A DNA stretch of 33,028 nt, taken from assembly GCF_004010195.1 (NCBI RefSeq), contig NW_025215378.1, positions 72,650-105,677 of the forward strand. The letters run 5' to 3'. Position 1 is the first letter of the stretch, and each line of letters opens with the position of its first letter. The stretch comes from Chiloscyllium plagiosum. Lineage: Eukaryota. Under the pieces are notes generated by a model. That model had not been told where the DNA came from. It ran no database searches and saw nothing but the letters and a program-made list of their open reading frames with translations. Positions 10,891 through 21,262 of this stretch are shown here, piece by piece. Made by a program: the position numbers and the translations under genes.

Positions 10891-10959
10891 CCAGGCTGGA
10901 GCTGATGGGTCTGTTCACTCGAGGGGGGTGGGCCATGACTATCCCATCGTTACCATTCT

Positions 10960-11320
10960 TTTCTTGTTAAAATTCACTCAGCCACCGTGGGGGTCGCAGT
11001 CTGGGTGTGTTATAACCCCGTCCCTAGTCGCCCCCTGAGAAGGTGGGGGTGAGCTGCCTTCTTGAGCCGCTGCAGTCCATGTGCTGTAGATAGACCCACA
11101 ATGCCCTTAGGGAGGGAGTTTCAGGACTCTGACCCAGTGAGACTGAAGGAACGGGCGATATATTTCCAAGTCAGGATGGGGAGGGACTCAGAGGGGAACT
11201 TGCAAGGAGTGGTGTTCCCATGTATCTGCTGCCCCTTTACTTCTGGATGGAAGTGGTCGTGGGTTTGGAAGGTGCTGCCTGAGGATCTTTGGTGAATTTC
11301 TGCAGTGCGTTTTTGTAAAA
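10960..11320 (-). mobile_element. 3' end of a second non-LTR retrotransposon family
   Basis: Minus strand ends ..SWNSLPKGIVGLSTAHGLQRLKKAAHPHLL; related copies at 15335-15630 (-) and 27850-27980 (+). Confidence 0.75.
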
Positions 11321-11683
11321 ATATTTTTCAGAGATATAAAGAAGGAAGGTGCTGCTGGGGGACCGGGAAGGAGACAGATGGGAAGTGTGGACACTGAACT
11401 GGGGAAGTGGGAATTCTGTGGGGGTTAGTGGATGGGGACTGGTGAAAGGAGAGGGTAATATGGAGTCTGAAGGTCACAGCTCACTCGCTGCCCGTTCCCA
11501 TTGTGAAGCAGGCAGAGAGAGCACCATGTGAGGAGGGACAGACAGTAGCACGGGGGTAACGGAGTTGGCATCTGGGGAAGGTGCCTGCATCTGCAACTAG
11601 GCACCAGGCACAACATTGTTCACTAACACACCACATCCCGGCTGCTCAGACATCAGGGTCATTTCCTCAGCATTAACCATCTC

Positions 11684-12265
11684 GGGACACTCCCTCAGAG
11701 GGACACTCCCTCAGAGGCACACTCCCTCAGAGGGACACTCCGTCAGAGGGACTCTCCGTCAGAGGGACACTCCCTCAGAGGGACACTACCTCAGAGGCAC
11801 ACTCCATGAGAGGGACACTCCCTCAGGGAGACACACCCTCAGAGGCACACTCCCTCAGAGGGACACTCCCTCAGAGGCACACTCTGTGAGAGGCACTCTC
11901 CCTCAGAGGGACACTCCCTCAGAGGGACACTCCCTCAGGGAGACACTCCGTCAGAGGGACACTCCCTCAGAGGCACACTCCCTCAGGGAGATACTCCGTC
12001 AGAGGGACACTCCCTCAGAGGGACACTCCCTAAGGGAGACATACCCTCAGAGGCACACTCCCTCAGAGGCACACTCCGTCAGAGGCACACTCCCTCAGAG
12101 GCACACTCCCTCAGAGGGACACTCCCTCAGAGGGACAGTCCCTCAGAGGCACACTCCCTCAGAGGGACAGTCCCTCAGAGGCACACTCCCTCAGAGGGAC
12201 ACTCTCTCAGAGGCACACTCCCTCAGGGAGACACTCCATCAGAGGGACACTCCCTCAGAGGGACA
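11684..12265 (+). repeat. 16-bp minisatellite (ACACTCCCTCAGAGGG)n, about 36 units
   Basis: Direct tandem repeats with recurring variants (GAGGC, CCGTC, GGGAG). Confidence 0.97.
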
Positions 12266-12387
12266 TACAACAGACTGGAAGCACAGGCAGGTGGAATTGA
12301 ATATTGGACTCCATCTGTTGGAATGTTCCTAATGAACAGGTTGGGTTTTCTCATTGCGAGCTGACTGTGAGGGGAATCGAACGGGTG

Positions 12388-12517
12388 AGGAGAAAGTGAG
12401 GTCTGCAGATGCTGGAGATCAGAGATGGAAATGTGTTGCTGGAAAAGCGCAGCAGGTCAGGCAGCATCTAGGGAACAAGAGAATCGACGTTTCGGGCATT
12501 AGCCCTTCTTCAGAAAT
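12388..12517 (-). mobile_element. PLE-derived family A unit with hammerhead core
   Basis: Reverse-complement copy of the 5416-5543 family; CTGAAGA-AGGGCTAATGCCC-GAAACGTC. Confidence 0.85.
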
Positions 12518-12793
12518 GGGTGGCACGGCCAATGGAAGGGAGCTCTCAACTCTGTTTTCAGGCTGCCCAATCAAATTTATTGCCACAATTCTATTTCAAT
12601 TCTGAACAGCAGGGAAGCAGACATGTAGAGGTGCTAGGTGTTGTGTAGATCCATGTGAAGGGGTTAACATTGAAGACCAGTTGACATTATGTGGGGTTAA
12701 GGGGCAGACTGCTCGGGATCTGCAGAGTTTCAGAGAATGAAGGGCATTCCTACAGGCCCCCGACAGAGTGGAGGTGCCGAAGAGATTACCCTT

Positions 12794-12915
12794 AGTGTCC
12801 CTCTGAGGAAGTGTCCCTCTGACAGAGTGTCTCCCTGAGGGAGTGTGCCTCTGGGGGAGTGTGCCTCTGAGTGAGTGTCCCTCTGAGTGAGTGTCCCTCT
12901 GAGGGAGTGTCCCTC
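12794..12915 (-). repeat. Inverted short array (about 7-8 units) of the same 16-bp minisatellite
   Basis: (AGTGTCCCTCTGAGGG)n is the reverse complement of the 11684-12265 unit. Confidence 0.93.
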
Positions 12916-12944
12916 ATCCGGGATGAGGGATGAAGGGCCGGTCA

Positions 12945-13130
12945 TTTCAGATTGAGATGAGGAGGAATTTCTTCACTCAGAGGGTGGTGGGCCTTTGGAA
13001 TTCTGGGCCAGGTTCAGCCACGGAATCAGTTCAAGATAGAGACCAACCCGGTTCTGGAGAGGCTTCCAAGAAAGGATTTGGACACAGTGTATGAAAATGG
13101 CGGTGAGGAGGTGGTCAGCCATAATTCAGA
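12945..13130 (+). mobile_element. Old CR1 3' fragment
   Basis: EMRRNFFTQRVVGLWNS motif and degenerate 3'UTR. Confidence 0.7.
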
Positions 13131-14348
13131 ATGTGAGCTGGCACCAATAGGGACAATGAATCACAATTAAAACAAGCAGACCCACCCCGAACCCAAACTG
13201 ACCTCGGGATTTATTGTCTTTTTGGTTCTTAACACTGCACCAGGGGTACGAGGAGAAGTTTAGAAAATGCCACTAACTGGCCTCGTTGGCGAGCTAGCAC
13301 AGAGACGATGAGCTGAATGGTAACCAGCGGTGATCAGAATTGGAGATGCTGAAGATGTCAGCATCACAGGAAAGCAAAGATCTCTCAGAAGATTGGAGGA
13401 GATCTTAGAGTAGGATAGAAGACTGGCACATCATCGAGGGCCGAAGGGCCTGTACTGTTCTATGTTCTGTGCTCTATCAACAAGCTGGGAAGGGGAAAGG
13501 TCACGCAAGGATTGAAAATGAGGACTGAAGTTTTCAGGCAAACTACAATTCTGAGAGTGCAGCACAACTCTGAGCACATCAACCTTGCTTTGATCACGCT
13601 CCAGAGTGAGACCGACACTAGGGCCAAGTGTCCTTCCACTCTGAGCCACAGCTGACATCGAGACTCTGCTGGTTTCAGACCTGAGACATTGAAGATGGAT
13701 GGGTGACTTATTTGGTGAGTGTGGGATGCACACCATTGTCAGAATTCACAATAAAAGCATTCTCTTCAGGCAGGATGCTGTTGTCACCCAGTCTAATCTG
13801 ATTATAAACCTTCCAAAGTAATGAGCTTGCAATCCTTTTCTGTTACTGGAGTTAACTCTGATCCTTTGCTGCACCAGAAACAATCAAACACACCACTGGG
13901 TCCTTCCTGAAGGCTCACACTTAATGCCTCCAGGATTTTCGCTCATAAATTGTGCAGAATTAATTTGTCATCCAACCCTGGCTGGCAGCAATGATTTTTT
14001 ACATGGCGTTCTGTGGGATTGTCATTTCCCGTCTCCTCACCTCTGTCTCTCTCTGTCAGCTGTTCCTGCCATCTGGGATCTGTGCCTGTCATTTGTTTGA
14101 TTACAAGCACAAAATGTCAAAGAGCTTTGCTGTCTTTGTTCTCCAATTGTCTGCCATAGTATCAACTTGTCACTCAAAATCTTTGTGCACAAGGTGAACG
14201 ATCTGTGTCGCTGACACGGAAATAATATCCTGGTGACAGGGGTTAGTGAACTCTACTGTACCTTCACAGAGAGCGGCTGGTCATAGCACCACTCAGAAAT
14301 ACTCAGTACTTCCACCATCTCATTGCCAGCAGAATGGTTACTTCTTTT

Positions 14349-14785
14349 TGTGTGTGTGTGTGTGTCTATCTGGGTGAGTGTGAGGGATTGATTACATCTG
14401 AGTTAGTGTGAGTTTATGAGTGCATATCTGAGTGTGTCGGAGTATCAGTGTGTGAGTGTGATTGTAAGAGTCTGTGTCTGAGTGTGATTGTAAGAGTCTG
14501 TGTCTGAGTGTGAGTGTAAGTATGTATCTCAGTATGAGTGAATGATTGTGTCTGAGGGAGTGTGTATGTCTGCGTGTTTGTATGAGTGCATATCTGAGTG
14601 AGTGCAACTGAATGTGTGTTTGAGTGAGTGTGAGTGTGAGTGCAAATTTGAGTGAGTGTATCTGCATGAGAGAATGAGTGTGTGTCTGAGTGTGTGTATG
14701 TGTGCATGTCTGAGTGAGTGTGTCTAAGGGAATGTGTGTCGGAGTGTAAATGTGAGCATAAGTGTGAGGTAGTGACTGTGTGTGT
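14349..14785. repeat. Degenerate (TG/TGAG)n low-complexity microsatellite
   Basis: TG-rich compound repeat containing a 26-bp tandem duplication (GAGTGTGATTGTAAGAGTCTGTGTCT) at ~14454-14505. Confidence 0.95.
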
Positions 14786-15334
14786 CTTTCAATAAGTGTT
14801 GCATTAGATTTAGTGAGACCACAATGAGACCTAAATTCCCACAACTGAAGCCTGTAACAAAAGAAAGATTTTCCTGATAGAATCTAAAACCTTGAAGTCA
14901 TTGCCACCAATTAGTGGACAGTCTACTAACAGCGTGTTTGCTTTCCCCTGGCTTTCTCCACTTCTGGCCTCAACTACATCCAGATTCCTATCAGAAGCCT
15001 GGGCCTAAACTTTGAGAATTTGCCCTCATGTGTACCCTCGTACTTTAAAGTACTTTTTAAAATGTACCTCTTTAAGCAATGTTTTCATCACCGTTCCTAA
15101 CAGCTTCGCTTCTGGCTCAGATTCGAATATTGTTGGTAATTGTTTCTGTGAATCCTGGCAAGACATGTTACTGTGTGCAGGACGCTGCAGACTTCAGGTC
15201 ACCAACTCTGACTGGGCATTCTGCCAGCACCAGACTCCACGCCCTGTGACTGGGCACCCGTGTCCATTCGCTTGATGTCCCGCTCTTCCTCAACCAACTC
15301 AAAACCAAACTGACTCTTCATTAAACAGTTCTAT

Positions 15335-15630
15335 AACATTTGTTGATGGGATGTGAACATCATTGGCTGGGCCCAGCATTTATTGCCTGTTCCTAGTACC
15401 CCTTGAGAAGGTGGGAGTGAGCTGCCTTCTTGAACCGCTGCAGTCCCTGTGCTGTGGGTAGACCCACGATGCCCTTAGGAAGGGAATTCCAGGATTTTGA
15501 TCCAGCGACACTGAAGGAACAGCGATATATTTCCAAGTCAGGATGGTGAGGCGCTTAGAGGGGAACTTGCTGCCCTTGTCCTTCTTGATGGAAGTGGGCG
15601 TGGGTTTGGAAGGTGGTGTCTGAGGAGGTG
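15335..15630 (-). mobile_element. Non-LTR retrotransposon 3' end (same family as 10960-11320)
   Basis: High visible identity: TTGAGAAGGTGGGAGTGAGCTGCCTTCTTGAACCGCTGCAGTCC..ATATTTCCAAGTCAGGATGG. Confidence 0.8.
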
Positions 15631-15754
15631 TCTATGAATGGTGAATGGAGGGACAAGCATGAACCACGAACTTCAATAAATGTGTTTTACAGGCAGTTGC
15701 AGAAGGCAGCAGTTCCCCAGTACCTTGGTCCAACGCAGCACTCAGGAGTGTGGA

Positions 15755-16040
15755 GATGGTGCTATATGATTAATATCACTGGGCTGCTCATTCAGAGGTC
15801 CAGACTATTGTCTCTGAGCTTAAATCCCACCACAACAATGAGTGGAATTTAAATATAAAAAATAAAATTGGGGAATTAAAAGTTTGTCTCAGTGATGATA
15901 CAAGTTATCATTGATTGTCATTAAAACTCATCTGGTTCACTCATGTCCTTTCGGGGCAGAAATCTGCCATCTTTCCCCTGGTCTGGCCGACACGTGACTC
16001 CAGACCCACAGTGATGTGATTGGCTTATAAGTGTCCCATT
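15755..16040 (+). mobile_element. Degenerate tRNA-derived SINE (third family)
   Basis: Degenerate A/B-box-like head, then CATCTGGTTCACTCATGTCCTTT..GAAATCTGCCATC..GTGACTCCAGACCCACAG, which I recognise as a common elasmobranch repeat. Confidence 0.55.
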
Positions 16041-16241
16041 CACATTGATGCTAAGTGTGCCACATCATTGCTCTGTAAATGTCAGTGAACCTGCAGAATA
16101 ATCTACAAAAATGCCAGACATTTAATCTTCAACCATTTAGATTATCTTAATAGTTGTCTCCTTGTAGTTTGTGGGAGCTCGCTGTGTTCCCTACACTACA
16201 GCAATGAGTTAAACACTTCGTGTAAAGGTAGTGTCACCATA

Positions 16242-16352
16242 GAGTCAAGAATGTGGTGCTGGAAAAGCACAGCATCGGAGGATGGTGCCTGACCTGTTGT
16301 ACTTTTCCAGCACCACACCCTCGGCTCTAATCTGCAGTCCTCACTTTCACCT
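16242..16352. mobile_element. PLE-derived family A short inverted pair
   Basis: TGTGGTGCTGGAAAAGCACAGCA then TGTTGTACTTTTCCAGCACCACA. Confidence 0.75.
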
Positions 16353-16354
16353 AG

Positions 16355-16689
16355 TCACATAACCATACTCTCTCTTTACAGAGAGAGATGACTGATGGAG
16401 TAACTGAGGATCACCATGCCTCAGGCGAGACGGAGAGATTGAGAAGGTGAGTCCTTCATGGTCAGCTCAGCCAATGTGGAGATTGAACCCACGCTGATAG
16501 TATCACTCTACGCTGCAAACCAGCTGTCTGACCAACTGAGCTAACTGACCCAATGCGATCAGGCGAGCGGAGAGATTGAGAAGGTGAGTCCTTCATGGTC
16601 AGCTCAGCCAATGTGGAGATTGAACCCACGCTGATAGTATCACTCTACGCTGCAAACCAGCTGTCTGACCAACTGAGCTAACTGACCCA
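16355..16689 (-). mobile_element. tRNA-derived SINE with tandemly duplicated 5' head
   Basis: Minus strand TGGGTCAGTTAGCTCAGTTGG (A box) .. GGGTTCAATCTCC (B box); 16421-16552 and 16559-16689 differ by one indel. Confidence 0.8.
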
Positions 16690-17176
16690 CACCATAGCCA
16701 ATGAACATCCCTGACTGTAAGGCACTTTGGGAAGTCCTGAGTTAGGAAATGCACTAATTGTTGATTCTTTGTTTGGAATATTACTGAAGGGAGGATTTCC
16801 CGTCGGAAGTGGCAACTGTATTGAGGATTCTGAGCTTTCCAACACGTATCCATGGTAAGGCTTTGATCGGTGTGGTTTCACTGGCTGTGCACGACTCTAA
16901 CGTTCAGATGCATGGAGATGATTACACTCTGGGAATCAATCAGCTCTGGTTTGATTCCAGGCCGAAGTGACTCGAAGCACACAGTCTTTCACGAAGACTA
17001 AGCCATTAACTAGGGGTCAGGTTTCATTCACAAGTATTCACTCAAGAGGATAAGGCCACACAATGTGAAACACGTTCAAATAGTTCCAGACCTTTGGAGC
17101 AGGTCTTTTCAGCACACCGAAGAATATAAAACAACATTCAAAAACCTCACCACAATACGTGTGAACTAGCTGCAAG

Positions 17177-17350
17177 TACAGGGCATCCCTGATTTCCGAA
17201 CTAATCATACAAATACAATCCCCTACAGGAGTGTAATTTTAAAGATCGAACATAATTGCATTTTCTGTCCTGATGAATCACTAACTTACATTGTCCTTCA
17301 TGGTGTTCCAATTTGCATACAAACCCAACTTTCAAACGGACTTAATAACA
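17177..17350. mobile_element. Tigger-like MITE, left and main part
   Basis: Starts TA|CAGGGCATCCCTGATTTCCGAAC; distal part aligns by eye with 1555-1605; matching right TIR at 17676-17690. Confidence 0.45.
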
Positions 17351-17351
17351 G

Positions 17352-18672
17352 AATTTGATTGAGTTTTTTGAAGAAGTAACAAAGAGGATTGATGAGGGCA
17401 GAGCAGTAGATGTGATCTATATGGACTTCAGTAAGGCGTTTGACAAGGTTCCCCATGGGTGACGGGTTAGCAAGATTAGATCTCACGGGAGAACTAGCCA
17501 TTTGGATACAGAAGTGGCTCAAAGGTAGCAAACATAGGGTGGTGGTGGAGGGTTGTTTTTCAGACTAGAGGCCAGTGACCAGTGGAGTGCCACAAGGATC
17601 GGTGCTGGGTCCTGTACTTTTAGTCATTTACATAAATGATTTGGATGAGAGCATAAGAGGTACAGTTAGTAAGTGCAGGGACTGCCTGTATGTACCGCAG
17701 ACATAAAACAGAGACAAAATATTACAGCACACCAATAAAAATGGATCTATTTATCCAAATACTATGTCTTTCATGTTTAAAAAGTACATCAAAATTGGAG
17801 GTGTAGTGGACAGTGAAGAAGTTTACCTCAGATTACAACAGGATCTTGATCAGATGGAGTTTAATTCAGATAAATGTGAGGTGCTGCATTTTAGGAAAGC
17901 AAATCTTAGCAGGACTTATACACTTAATGGTAAGGACCTCGGGAGTGTTGCTGAACAAAGAGACCTTGGAGTGCAGGTTCATAGCTCCTTGAAAGTGGAG
18001 TCGCAGGTAGGGTAGGGTAGTGAAGAAGGCGTTTGGTATGCTTTCCTTTATTGGTCAGAGTATTGAGTACAGGAGTTGGGAGGTCATGCTGCGGCTGTAC
18101 AGGACATTGGTTAGGCCACTTTGGGAATAATTTGTTCAGTTCTGGTCTCCCTGTTATCGGAAGGATATTGTGAAACTTGAAAGAGTTCAGAAAGAATTTA
18201 CAAGATGTTGCCAGGGTTGGAGGATTTGAGCTACAGGGAGAGGTTGAGTAGGTTCGGGCTGTTTTCCCTGGAACGTTGAAGGCTGAGGGGTGAACCTTAT
18301 AGAGGTTTATAAAATTATGAGGGACATAGATTGGGTAAATAGACAAGGCCTTTTCCCTGAGGTGGGGGAGTCCAAAACTAGAGGGCATAGGTTTAAGATA
18401 AGAAGGGAAAGATTTAAATGGGACCTGAGGGGCAACATTTTCACACAGAGGGTTGTGCATGTATGGAATGACCTGCAGAGGAAGTGGTGGAGGCTGGTAC
18501 AATTGCAACATTTCAAAGGCATCTGGATGGGTATATGAATAGGAAGGGTATAGAGGGATATGGACCAAGTGCTCGCAAACGGGACTAGATTAGGTTTAGA
18601 TATGTGGTTGGCATGGACGAGTTGGACCGAAAGATCTGTTTCCATACTGTATATCTCTATGATTCTGACTCT
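17352..18672 (+). mobile_element. CR1-clade (HER1-like) LINE, 5'-truncated RT region to 3' tail, interrupted at 17679-17785
   Basis: [65 protein letters not shown]..; stops and frameshifts; CTCTATGATTCT tail. Confidence 0.93.
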
Positions 18673-20184
18673 ACTGAGCTGTACCAAAATCCTGTCAAAG
18701 ACAATGAAGGAACAAAGGATTGCATGCACTGAAGAATTAGCTTGATGAATAGACCCTGCCTGGGGAAAATAAGGTCATTATTATATCTGAGAAATTTATT
18801 CAAATAAGTTAATTCAGACTTAACGAGCAGCCTTTCATCCTCCACTGTCCCTCTCCCTCCCTCTGTCCTTCAGTCCTTCCAGGACAAGCTGAATCATTAT
18901 GAACACTGTCACATTGACTATCTCACCATTCCGCTCTGTTAATGAAATACTTTCTGAAGTGTTGGCATTATTAAAGCATAGAACATTACAGCGCAGTACA
19001 GGCTCTTCGGCCCTTGATGTTGCACTGATCTGTGGAACCAATATGAAGCCGATCTAACCTACATTATTCCATTTTCATCCAGATGTTTATCCAATGACTG
19101 TTTAAATGCCCTTGAAGTTGGTGAGTTTATTACTGTTGCAGGCGGTGCGTTCCACACCTTTACTACTCTCTGAATAAAGAAACTACCTTTGACCTCTGTC
19201 CTATATCTATCACCCTTCAATTTAAAGCTATGTCCCCTTGTGCTAGCCATCACCATCTGAGGAAAAAGGCTCTCACTGTCCACCCTATCTAACCCTCTGA
19301 TTATCTTATAATGACTATATTATAAGTCTCAATTAAGTCACCTCTTAAACTTCTCCTCTCGACTGAAAACAGCCTCAAGTCCTTCAACCTCTCCTCATAA
19401 GACCTTCCCTCCATACTAGATAACATCCTAGTAAATCTCCTCTGCATCCTTTCCAAACTTCCTATAATGTGGTGACCAGAACTGTACACAATACTCCAAG
19501 TGTGGCCGCACCAGAGTTTTTTACAGCTGCAGTATGACCTCATGGCTCCGAAACTAAATTCCTCCACCAATTAAATCTAACACACTGTATGCCTTCTTAA
19601 CAACCCTATCAACCTGGTGGCGACTTTCAGGGATCTATGTACATGGACACCGAGATCTCTCTGCTCATCTACACTACCAAGAATCTTACCATTAGCCCAG
19701 TACTCTGCATTCCTATTACTTCTTCCAAAGTGAGTCACCTCACACTTTTCCACATTAAACTCCATTTGTCACCTCTCAGCCCAGCTCTGCAGCTTATCTC
19801 TGTCCCTCGGTAACCTGCAACATGCTTCAGCACTATCCACAACTCCATCGACCTTAGTGTCACCCACAAATTTACTAACCCATTCTTCTATGCCCTCATC
19901 CAGGTCATTTATAAAAATGACAAACAGTAGTGGCCCCAAAACAGATCCTTGGGGTACACCACTAGAAACAGAACCACCACTCACTGTCTTCTTTCAGCTA
20001 GCCAATTTCTGATCCAAACCGCTAAATCACCTTCAATCCCATGCCTCTGTATTTTCTGCAATAGCCTACCTTGGGGAACCTTATCAAATGCTTTACTGAA
20101 ATCCACATACACCACATCAACCGCTTTAACCTCATCTACCTGTTTGGTCACCATCTCAAAGAACTCAATAAGGTTTGTGAGGCA

Positions 20185-20673
20185 CAAGGTAAAAACAATG
20201 ACTGCAGATGCTGGAAACCAGATTCTGGATTAGTGGTGCTGGAAGAGCACAGCAGTTCAGGCAGCATCCAAGGAGCTTCGAAATCGACGTTTCGGGCAAA
20301 AGCCCTTCATCAGGAACAAAGGCAGAGAGACTGAAGCGTGGAGAGATAAGCTAGAGGAGGGTGGGGGTGGGGAGAAAGTAGCATAGAGTACAATAGGTGA
20401 GTGGGGGAGGGGATGAAGGTGATAGGTCAGGGAGGAGAGGGTGGAGTGGATAGGTGGAAAAGGAGATAGGCAGGTAGGACAAGTCCGGACAAGTCATGGG
20501 GACAGTGCTGAACTGGAAGTTTGGAACTACGGTGAGGTGGGGAAAGGGGAAATGAGGAAACTATTGAAGTCCATATTGATGCCCTGGGCTTGAAGTGTTC
20601 CGAGGCGGAAGATGAGGTGTTCTTCCTCCAGGCGTCTGGTGGTGAGGGAGCGGCGGTGAAGGAGGCCCAGGAC
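20185..20673 (-). mobile_element. 5'-truncated Penelope-like element (GIY-YIG C-terminus, 3'UTR and pLTR with hammerhead)
   Basis: VLGLLHRRSLTTRRLEEEHLIFRLGTLQAQGINMDF*-type PLE endonuclease C-terminus (R..E..I..L.TL.P.GLN pattern); perfect core CTGATGA-AGGGCTTTTGCCC-GAAACGTC near 20286-20313. Confidence 0.9.
20281..20318 (-). ncRNA. Minimal hammerhead ribozyme motif (family A)
   Basis: GUUC-CUGAUGA-A-GGGC(UUUU)GCCC-GAA-ACGU-C-GAUU; conserved catalytic core with palindromic ACGU in place of stem III. Confidence 0.75.
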
Positions 20674-20853
20674 TGACCTACCCTTCACAAAACCATGTTG
20701 ACTATCCCTAATCAGATTATTCCTTTCTAGATGATTATAAAACCTATCTCTTATAATCCTTTCCAAAATGTTTCCATAACCAAAGTAAGAAATTTGACAG
20801 CCAATTTGTACAAAGCAAGGTCCACAAACAGCAATGTGATCATGACCAGATGT

Positions 20854-21081
20854 CATAATTTGGAGATGCCGGTGTTGGACTGGGGTGTACAAAGTTAAAA
20901 ATCACACAACACCAGGTTATAGTCCAACAGGTTTAATTGGAAGCACTAGCTTTCGGAACGATGCTCCTTCATCAATTATGAGCCCTCCACAACCACCTGA
21001 TGAAGGAGCAACGCTCCGAAAGCTAGTGTGCTTCCAATTAAACCTGGTGGACTATAACCTGGTGTTGTGTGATTTTTAACT
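20854..21081. mobile_element. PLE-derived family B head-to-head inverted pair
   Basis: 20894-20974 is the near-perfect reverse complement of 20998-21080; possible TSD ATGACCAGATGT (20842-20853) / ATGACCAAATAT (21082-21093). Confidence 0.88.
20993..21028 (+). ncRNA. Minimal hammerhead ribozyme motif (family B)
   Basis: CAC-CUGAUGA-A-GGAGC(AAC)GCUCC-GAA-AGCU-A-GUG: stem I CAC:GUG, 5-bp stem II, palindromic AGCU, CUA cleavage triplet. Confidence 0.8.
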
Positions 21082-21089
21082 ATGACCAA

Positions 21090-21262
21090 ATATGCAGGTT
21101 AAGATGGATTGGCCGAGTTAAATTGTCCCTAGTGTCCAGGGATGTGCAGGTTAGCTGGGTTAGCCATGGGAAATGCAGTGATAGGGGTGGATCTGGTGTG
21201 GGATGCTGTTCGGAGGGTTAGTGTGGACGTGATGGTCCCAACTCTGTAGGGGTTTGTATGAT
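21090..21262 (+). mobile_element. HE1-like SINE 3' half
   Basis: TGCAGGTTAAGATGGATTGGCC..AAATTGTCCCTAGTGTCCAGGGATGTGCAGGTTAG..CTGTTCGGAGGGTTAGTGTGGAC. Confidence 0.7.

Larger units (their letters stand above)
18977..20787 (-). mobile_element. CR1-clade LINE RT region to 3' end, interrupted by Penelope insertion
   Basis: IIRDRFYNHLERNNLIRDSQHGFVKGRS | [76 protein letters not shown]; multiple frameshifts. Confidence 0.93.

Noticed and set aside
11616..12332. 238-aa repetitive ORF, and a superficial CRISPR-like array
   Set aside because: Translation of a 16-bp minisatellite; no unique spacers, no cas genes, vertebrate context.
14392..14844. His/Thr-rich ORFs
   Set aside because: Translation of a (CA)n-like microsatellite.
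16470..16552. tRNA gene (A/B boxes, possible GCA anticodon)
   Set aside because: No proper acceptor stem or cloverleaf and it continues into a SINE body; the same applies to the HE1-like heads.
17924..18729. 214-aa and 140-aa minus-strand ORFs
   Set aside because: Antisense readings of a CR1 fragment.
20527..20892. 121-aa ORF fusing CR1 RT sequence (QHGFVKGRS) in frame to a Penelope GIY-YIG C-terminus, suggesting a chimeric RT-endonuclease
   Set aside because: The CR1 resumes at the next codon (CLTNL) on the far side of the insert, so this is a chance in-frame insertion junction of two dead fragments with no complete domain.
20854..21081. Interpreting the family B inverted arms as DNA-transposon TIRs
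   Set aside because: Arm lengths are unequal and vary between copies, the TSDs are long (11-12 bp), and the arms contain hammerhead cores, which fits Penelope-type retroposition better.
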